DNA from: Smithellaceae bacterium
GTDB taxonomy: Bacteria > Desulfobacterota > Syntrophia > Syntrophales > Smithellaceae
Length of the DNA stretch: 64,000 nt
Direction: 5' to 3'
Assembly (NCBI GenBank): GCA_963667845.2
Contig: CAXXVL010000001.1
Location: forward strand, 96,001-160,000
A program made the translations under genes and the position numbers. Positions 58,762 through 64,000 of this stretch are shown here, in pieces. Numbering within the stretch: position 1 is the first letter of the stretch; each line of letters begins with the position of its first letter. The notes under the pieces are model-generated. The model did not search any database. It was not told where the DNA came from and was given only the letters and a program-made list of their open reading frames with translations.

Positions 58762-60255
58762 ATGAGAGTATTTGGTAAAGTATTTCTGGTTTTGACATGC
58801 GTTTTTTCTTTACTGCTTGTGACTGTTTACAGTCCGGCGACGGCAGCGCCGGCGAAAGCGGAAAAGAAAAGTAAAGCCTCGACCACAAGCATGGTGGTGA
58901 CACCCACGGAAACCTGGTCCAAACCCAATGCAGCTTTTGATGCGGGTCAGATGGCGGATATGACCGGGTGGGATCCTGCCAATTGGGTTAATCCCGAAGG
59001 TGATGTCATTAAAATCGCTATCTTCTGGCCCCACTCCGGCCCCGGCGGTTTGAATGGCGATATGGGTTGGCTTTGCACGACTTTTGCCGCATACGATATC
59101 AACAAGCGCGGCGGCATCTGGGTCGACGGCAAAAAGAAGAAGATCGCCCTCTACAAGGCGGACACAATGTCCAAGCCCGATCAGGCCAAGAAGATCGCCG
59201 AGCGGATGGTGCTGCAAGAGAAAGTCAACTTCATCGTAGGCACATCGGGAAGCAACATGATGAAGATCGCCAACGAAGTAGGCAACAAATACAAAGTGAT
59301 CGTCCAGAACATCGGCGCCCTCTCCGATGAATTGCAGGATGCAACCAACTTTAACCGCTATTCCTTCATGAGCTCTGATTCCACATTCTCGATCGGCCGC
59401 GGCATGGCTTACTACTATGGCCAGATCCGTAAAAAAGAAAAGAAATTCTATATCCTCTGCCAGGATTACTCCTTTGGCAGGGACATGGCTGAAGGCTTCA
59501 AGATGGGCCTCAAAGAATACTATCCGGAAGCACAGATTGTGGGCGAAGATTACCATAAACTATTCCTCACCGACTTTGCTCCGTATCTCACCAAGATCAA
59601 GGCCTCCGGCGCCGAAGTTGTCTGGACCGGCGACTGGCATCCGGATGCAGGCAACCTCCTTAAACAGGCAAGACAGATGGGCATGACCATTCCTTTCGCC
59701 AACCTGTTCATGGATGAGCCGAATTCTCTGGTTGAGGTCGGTATCGAAGGGACAAAGGGACTGGTCAATATCAAACATTTTGAAAAGGCCGGACCGACCT
59801 TCACCAATCCCGCCGTCGCCAAGTACTACAAGGCCTGGAACACCGAATGGAAAAAATGGAAGACCCCCCCGAACAACACCGTGCTCTTCACCTGGCCGTG
59901 GGGAACATTCGGTTCCTGGAACCAGCAGTTTTATTGGCTCTTAAGCGTCATCGAGCGGGCCAAGAGTGTCGATCCGGAAAAGATCATCAAAGTCTGGGAA
60001 GGCGATACCTACGAGTACGTAAACGGTCGGCTGATCAAAATGCGCGCCTGCGACCACAAAGCGATTCAAGGCTTCCGCATAGGCGAGTCCGTGCCGCCGG
60101 CAGAACAGAAAGTTTCGATGAATATGCCGCCGTACTACTGGTTTAGCAATGCCTCCGGCGTCGGACCCTCATGGGATATCCCGGCCGGCAAGGTTCTGCC
60201 CTGGATGGATCCGAAACTGGATCGCTGCAAGGGTAAAAATGCCTGGGGTGATTAG
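58762..60255 (+). CDS. LivK-type ABC substrate-binding protein (paralog 2)
   Basis: Long identical blocks with 56759-58252; AAGGAGG RBS. Confidence 0.87.
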   Translation: MRVFGKVFLVLTCVFSLLLVTVYSPATAAPAKAEKKSKASTTSMVVTPTETWSKPNAAFDAGQMADMTGWDPANWVNPEGDVIKIAIFWPHSGPGGLNGDMGWLCTTFAAYDINKRGGIWVDGKKKKIALYKADTMSKPDQAKKIAERMVLQEKVNFIVGTSGSNMMKIANEVGNKYKVIVQNIGALSDELQDATNFNRYSFMSSDSTFSIGRGMAYYYGQIRKKEKKFYILCQDYSFGRDMAEGFKMGLKEYYPEAQIVGEDYHKLFLTDFAPYLTKIKASGAEVVWTGDWHPDAGNLLKQARQMGMTIPFANLFMDEPNSLVEVGIEGTKGLVNIKHFEKAGPTFTNPAVAKYYKAWNTEWKKWKTPPNNTVLFTWPWGTFGSWNQQFYWLLSVIERAKSVDPEKIIKVWEGDTYEYVNGRLIKMRACDHKAIQGFRIGESVPPAEQKVSMNMPPYYWFSNASGVGPSWDIPAGKVLPWMDPKLDRCKGKNAWGD

Positions 60256-60311
60256 CTGATCGACAGGTGACGCTTCACCCGGGAAAGTAAAGCAGCATCA
60301 TTTGGTAAAGC

Positions 60312-60342
60312 AAAGCCCCGCTCATCGGGCGGGGCTTTTTTT
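60312..60342. terminator. Intrinsic (likely bidirectional) terminator
   Basis: AAAGCCCCGCTC/GGGCGGGGCTTT stem plus T7. Confidence 0.8.
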
Positions 60343-60565
60343 AGTCCTTGCTGTTCAGGAAATAAGTCAAGGCGCCGGTCGGGCATTTCAAGACCGCTTC
60401 AATGATCTTGTCCGTGGTCGAGTTCAGGGGTTTTATCCAGGGTCTCTCTTTGGGTCTGAAAACGTCCGGGTTATGCTTGATGCATTTTCCCGTATGCAGG
60501 CATAAGATGGGGTCCCAGAGGATGGTTACTTCGCCGTTGGTATACGTTCTTTTGGTGTTGTCCAT
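60341..60565 (-). CDS. Divergent 4Fe-4S mono-cluster protein (YjdI-like)
   Basis: CLHTGKC...VFRPKERPWI...CPTGAL. Confidence 0.85.
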   Translation of the reverse strand: MDNTKRTYTNGEVTILWDPILCLHTGKCIKHNPDVFRPKERPWIKPLNSTTDKIIEAVLKCPTGALTYFLNSKD

Positions 60566-60848
60566 GGGAGTCTCTTAAATGGTCGCCATGCCCGAAAGGC
60601 CACGCCCGCCGTGATTTTTTTCATTGGTCTGTAAAAAGATAACACATTATGTTTTTATTGTTAAATGAATTATCGGAGTTAGGTTTGGCTCTGTACTTGC
60701 GAGGCTCATTCATTTGTCCGGCTTTTCTTCATGGTAGATATGACCTACCGATCACCTTACACTCAACGAGCGTTGCCTTCATTTCCCGCCGTCCATATAA
60801 TTTTGTCATTAACAGGATACGAAACGAACAGAAGAAAGGAGAAAAATT

Positions 60849-61175
60849 ATGGTATCGAATAATCTTGTGAAGGGCATGGTGATCGGCGGTTTGATCGGTG
60901 CCGGTCTAGGGATCATCTTTGCTCCCAAAAGCGGAAAGGAAACACGGGAACAAATCCTCAACACCGCCCAGGATGTTCTGGAGAAAGCCAAAGCCCAATA
61001 TGCCGAAGCCGTCGGGAAAATCGACGAGTTGAAAACACAAAATAAAGACATCCTTGTCGACAAAAAAGACAGGCTGAAGAAGGCGATCGCCGCGGGTGTG
61101 GAGGCCTATCAGCAGGTCAAACAGCCGCAGAGCAACTGCACGACAGGCCTCTATGGGGATAATGCTCTGCTTTAG
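60849..61175 (+). CDS. YtxH-domain protein
   Basis: GMVIGGLIGAGLGIIFAPKSGKETR. Confidence 0.88.
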   Translation: MVSNNLVKGMVIGGLIGAGLGIIFAPKSGKETREQILNTAQDVLEKAKAQYAEAVGKIDELKTQNKDILVDKKDRLKKAIAAGVEAYQQVKQPQSNCTTGLYGDNALL

Positions 61176-61223
61176 CCGGGACTCGGCCAAAAACCGGGTC
61201 TAAAGCATACAAGGCTGTCGACT

Positions 61224-61283
61224 TTATCCCGCTCACGCGGGGCCAGCGTTAAATCCCTGTCGCTTGCTGCGAGTTGATTGATT
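61224..61283 (+). repeat. Dispersed repeat family A, short form (copy 5)
   Basis: TTATCCCGCTCACGCGGGGCCAGCGTTAAATCCCTGTCGCTTGCTGCGAGTTGATTGATT. Confidence 0.8.
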
Positions 61284-61347
61284 CGCAGCTTGCAGACTTT
61301 TGAACAGTACTGCGTGGATTATTAAAAACATCAGGAGGATAATAAGA

Positions 61348-61731
61348 ATGGAGGATCAATTCAAACACGGCCGGTTCAATTGGTGTGAACTGCTGACAAC
61401 GGATGTTGCCGCGGCAAAAGCATTCTATACGAAGTTATTCGGATGGGAAACGGAAGACATGTCCATGCCGGGCATGGACTACACCGTGGTCAAAGCCGGG
61501 GGCGAGGGAATCGGCGGGATCATGAAGATCCCGGAGAGCGCAAAAGGAATGTCGCCCGCGTGGGGCGCTTATGTCACGGTCGATGATGTTGACAAAACGG
61601 CCAAGATGGTCGAGAAGCTTGGCGGCAAAATTCATGTGCCGCCAACCGATATTCCCACCGTCGGGCGCTTCTGCGTCATCGTGGACCCGCAGGGTGCGTA
61701 CATTAACGCGATCACGTATCTGAAAAGGTAG
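61348..61731 (+). CDS. VOC/glyoxalase family protein
   Basis: FNWCELLTTD, FYTKLFGW, YVTVDDVD, DIPTVGRF...DPQGA; AGGAGG RBS. Confidence 0.88.
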   Translation: MEDQFKHGRFNWCELLTTDVAAAKAFYTKLFGWETEDMSMPGMDYTVVKAGGEGIGGIMKIPESAKGMSPAWGAYVTVDDVDKTAKMVEKLGGKIHVPPTDIPTVGRFCVIVDPQGAYINAITYLKR

Positions 61732-61770
61732 TATAGCCGGCCGACTTTCCTTCTATCCATGTCGGGTTAA

Positions 61771-61816
61771 AAACTCCCTCAATCCTTTTCGGAAAAGGAA
61801 AGGATTGAGGGAGTTT
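61771..61816. terminator. Bidirectional terminator
   Basis: 18-bp stem AAACTCCCTCAATCCTTT/AAAGGATTGAGGGAGTTT between convergent genes. Confidence 0.8.
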
Positions 61817-61830
61817 GCGTTCGTTAGCGG

Positions 61831-62499
61831 TCACCATTTTTCATAATGAACTTTCGCCGGATTGAATCGATCCTGATAGGCGCGCTTCTCGACAGGGTAG
61901 CCCAGCGGAATGATGTTCAGCGGCATGATGTGATCCGGCAGGCCAAGCAGTTTCCTGATGCCGGCCGTTCTGTCCTCGTAGGGATAGAAGGTTGTCCAGA
62001 CCGCTCCCAGCCCGAGGGAGTGGGCGGCAAGCAGGATGTTCATGCTGGCATTGGAAGCATCGGGAATCCAGTGACCTTTGGCCGCTTCCAGTTTCGTGTT
62101 GCCGCAAACCACAATCGCCACCTGTGCCGTGGGGATCTGCTTGGAGAAAGGATGAAACCCGGGAATCTGGGCGAGCGTCTTTTTATCCCGGATGACAATG
62201 AACTCCCAGTCCTGGGCGTTCTTTGCCGACGGCGCCGCCATGGCGGCCTGCAGCAGGAGTTTCACGGTTGCATCGGAAACCGGCTCTTCGGAGTATTTGC
62301 GCACGCTGCGCCGCGTGAAGATGGCGGTCAATGTATCCATGTCGGATTTTGCCGGAATCCCCGTCGTCACAATTCCCGGCGCCGCTTGCGCCGGCTCTGT
62401 CGCGGCAGAAACCGTCGCTGTTGACAATAACAGGCATATCGCCGTCAGGCAAAACAGGACTGCCACACCACTCACAGTATTCTTTGTATTACGATTCAT
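61831..62499 (-). CDS. Nitroreductase family protein with N-terminal signal peptide
   Basis: TRRSVRKY, AAPSAKNAQDW, AAHSLGLGAVW, LGYP; GGAGG RBS at the long start. Confidence 0.87.
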   Translation of the reverse strand: MNRNTKNTVSGVAVLFCLTAICLLLSTATVSAATEPAQAAPGIVTTGIPAKSDMDTLTAIFTRRSVRKYSEEPVSDATVKLLLQAAMAAPSAKNAQDWEFIVIRDKKTLAQIPGFHPFSKQIPTAQVAIVVCGNTKLEAAKGHWIPDASNASMNILLAAHSLGLGAVWTTFYPYEDRTAGIRKLLGLPDHIMPLNIIPLGYPVEKRAYQDRFNPAKVHYEKW

Positions 62500-62709
62500 A
62501 TTGAACCTCCTTAATATTTATTAACTTCGCAAATCACACGGAATCTTTGTCCGGTATTTAGGGAAAGTGCTTTACCGCATCCGTTGTCCGGCGGATGGCG
62601 TCCGCGGGCACATTTGGGAGCGAGGCTGCCAGCGGCACTTCATTCCATCGGCCAAACTATAAAAAGAAACGAAACAGTCTGTCAATCGATTTATCCATGA
62701 GCGCCGGCC

Positions 62710-62985
62710 TCAGGAACCGAACCGGAGAACCGCGCGTTCGTGAGCTTTGGCCGCCACTTCTTCACGATTGCGCGGCGCCGCGCTCGTTACGAGTGAATCG
62801 AGCAATTTGGCCGTCGCCCGGGCAACCTGGTCGACGGCGCGCTGATATGCCTTTTCGTTGGCGGCGGAAGGATTGGCAAATCCGCTGATCTTCCGGATAT
62901 ACTGCAGTGATGCCGCGCGTATCTCTTCATCCGTTGCCGGCGGATCGAAGTTATAAAGCACTTTGATGTTTCTGCACATACTCAT
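62710..62985 (-). CDS. DUF2277 family protein
   Basis: MCRNIKVLYNFDPPATDEEIRAASLQYIRKISGF. Confidence 0.85.
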   Translation of the reverse strand: MSMCRNIKVLYNFDPPATDEEIRAASLQYIRKISGFANPSAANEKAYQRAVDQVARATAKLLDSLVTSAAPRNREEVAAKAHERAVLRFGS

Positions 62986-63317
62986 TTACCTCCAACCATT
63001 CTCGGGCAAAACATGACGAAAGAAACAAAGCCGACCACCGGGAAATATTCCGGCCTGCGGGAGAAATAATTTTCTGAAGATTCGTTCTTTTTTCTAAATT
63101 AACTCCCCCCGGCAAAGGTGTCAACCCTAACCACTTGATTAACTGACCGATTCCATGTTTGTCCGAAATTTTTTCTGTCGCGACGATGCCGGATAAACAA
63201 GACGTCACTTGACCCCGGAGCCCGGAGTTGTCATTATCTTATCAGTTCGACGGGAGGCGGCGTTCCTCGGGGCGCTCGCGCCGCGGGCCAAATATTTTAT
63301 CTTATTGAGGCGAAACC

Positions 63318-64000
63318 ATGACAATGACGCGCGGGCAGCAACGGCTTATCGCCAACTACGCTGGCGGCACACGAAAGATGATGTGCGCTTTTGCGGTCCT
63401 GGTGCTGGTCTGCGCCTTATCGGGTTGCGCCCTGCTGGCCACCGCCCCGATGGATGTGCTGACGTATGAACATCAAGGCGATGCTGATCACGAACGATTG
63501 TTTGTTTTCTTACGCGGCATCGGCGGCAGCCATCGCAGTTTCGCAGAAGAGGGGCTTGTGGCCGACGTTTGGGCGCGCGATTTGCCCTTTGATATGGCCG
63601 CGCCCAATGCTCATTTTGGTTATTACGAGAGAGGCAATCTCGTTTTGCGGCTGAAGGAGGATGTGATTGACCCGGCCAGAGTCAGGGGTTCGCGGAAGAT
63701 CTGGCTGGTCGGCGTTTCCATGGGAGGATTGGGAGCGCTGCTTTATCTTAAGGAACGGCCCGAGGATATTGCAGGCGTTTACCTGATTTCGCCATTTCTC
63801 GGCACGCAATCTTTTCTGGACGAAATCGAAACTGCCGGCGGTGTGAACCGGTGGGACCCGGGCTCCTACAACGCCGAACTGGATTGGCAGAGAATGCTCT
63901 GGCACTGGCTGAAAACGGACCTTGCCGACCAGCGGGACAAGATCGTGTACCTCGGATACGGCACCGAGGACACCTACAAGAGCGGGCCACAGCTGCTTGC
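63318..64000 (+). CDS. Alpha/beta hydrolase lipoprotein, 3'-truncated by window edge
   Basis: Not in the ORF track. Reads MTMTRGQQ...LVLVCALSGC (lipobox)...FLRGIGGS...WLVGVSMGG (GxSxG)...YLISPFLG; open to the end of the window. Confidence 0.82.
   Translation, partial: MTMTRGQQRLIANYAGGTRKMMCAFAVLVLVCALSGCALLATAPMDVLTYEHQGDADHERLFVFLRGIGGSHRSFAEEGLVADVWARDLPFDMAAPNAHFGYYERGNLVLRLKEDVIDPARVRGSRKIWLVGVSMGGLGALLYLKERPEDIAGVYLISPFLGTQSFLDEIETAGGVNRWDPGSYNAELDWQRMLWHWLKTDLADQRDKIVYLGYGTEDTYKSGPQLL

Overview
This window is bacterial chromosomal DNA. The gene content (phenylacetate-CoA ligase, glutaconate-type CoA transferase, many LIV-type ABC binding proteins, a sigma54 promoter) suggests an anaerobic deltaproteobacterium such as a Syntrophales-like lineage; that placement is inference. 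It holds about 55 CDSs, mostly housekeeping or transport, including YitJ-like Hcy methyltransferase/MTHFR, PaaK, a STAS/RsbW pair, Kup, a PPi-type Pfk, a 2912-aa cyclic beta-1,2-glucan synthase, KefB/KefG, Xth, WrbA, two LIV ABC systems and DUF3300/DUF2950. I found no rRNA, tRNA, CRISPR array or intact transposase. The best candidate for an undescribed system is a promoter-led minus-strand operon (26674-21271) encoding an Arg-variant MinD/ParA ATPase, an ECF S-component-like membrane domain fused to HAMP plus an output-less helical tail, a frameshifted Zn-ADH, and an 847-aa divergent SAH-hydrolase-like protein. A second candidate is a CheY / pseudoREC-CheX / pseudoREC-PilZ-Ser/Thr kinase operon. 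Also notable are a GmrSD with degenerate catalytic motifs, a tandem duplication marked by an unannotated CoA-transferase remnant, and at least five families of small intergenic repeats/MITEs. All family assignments come from motif recognition by eye; no database searches were run.
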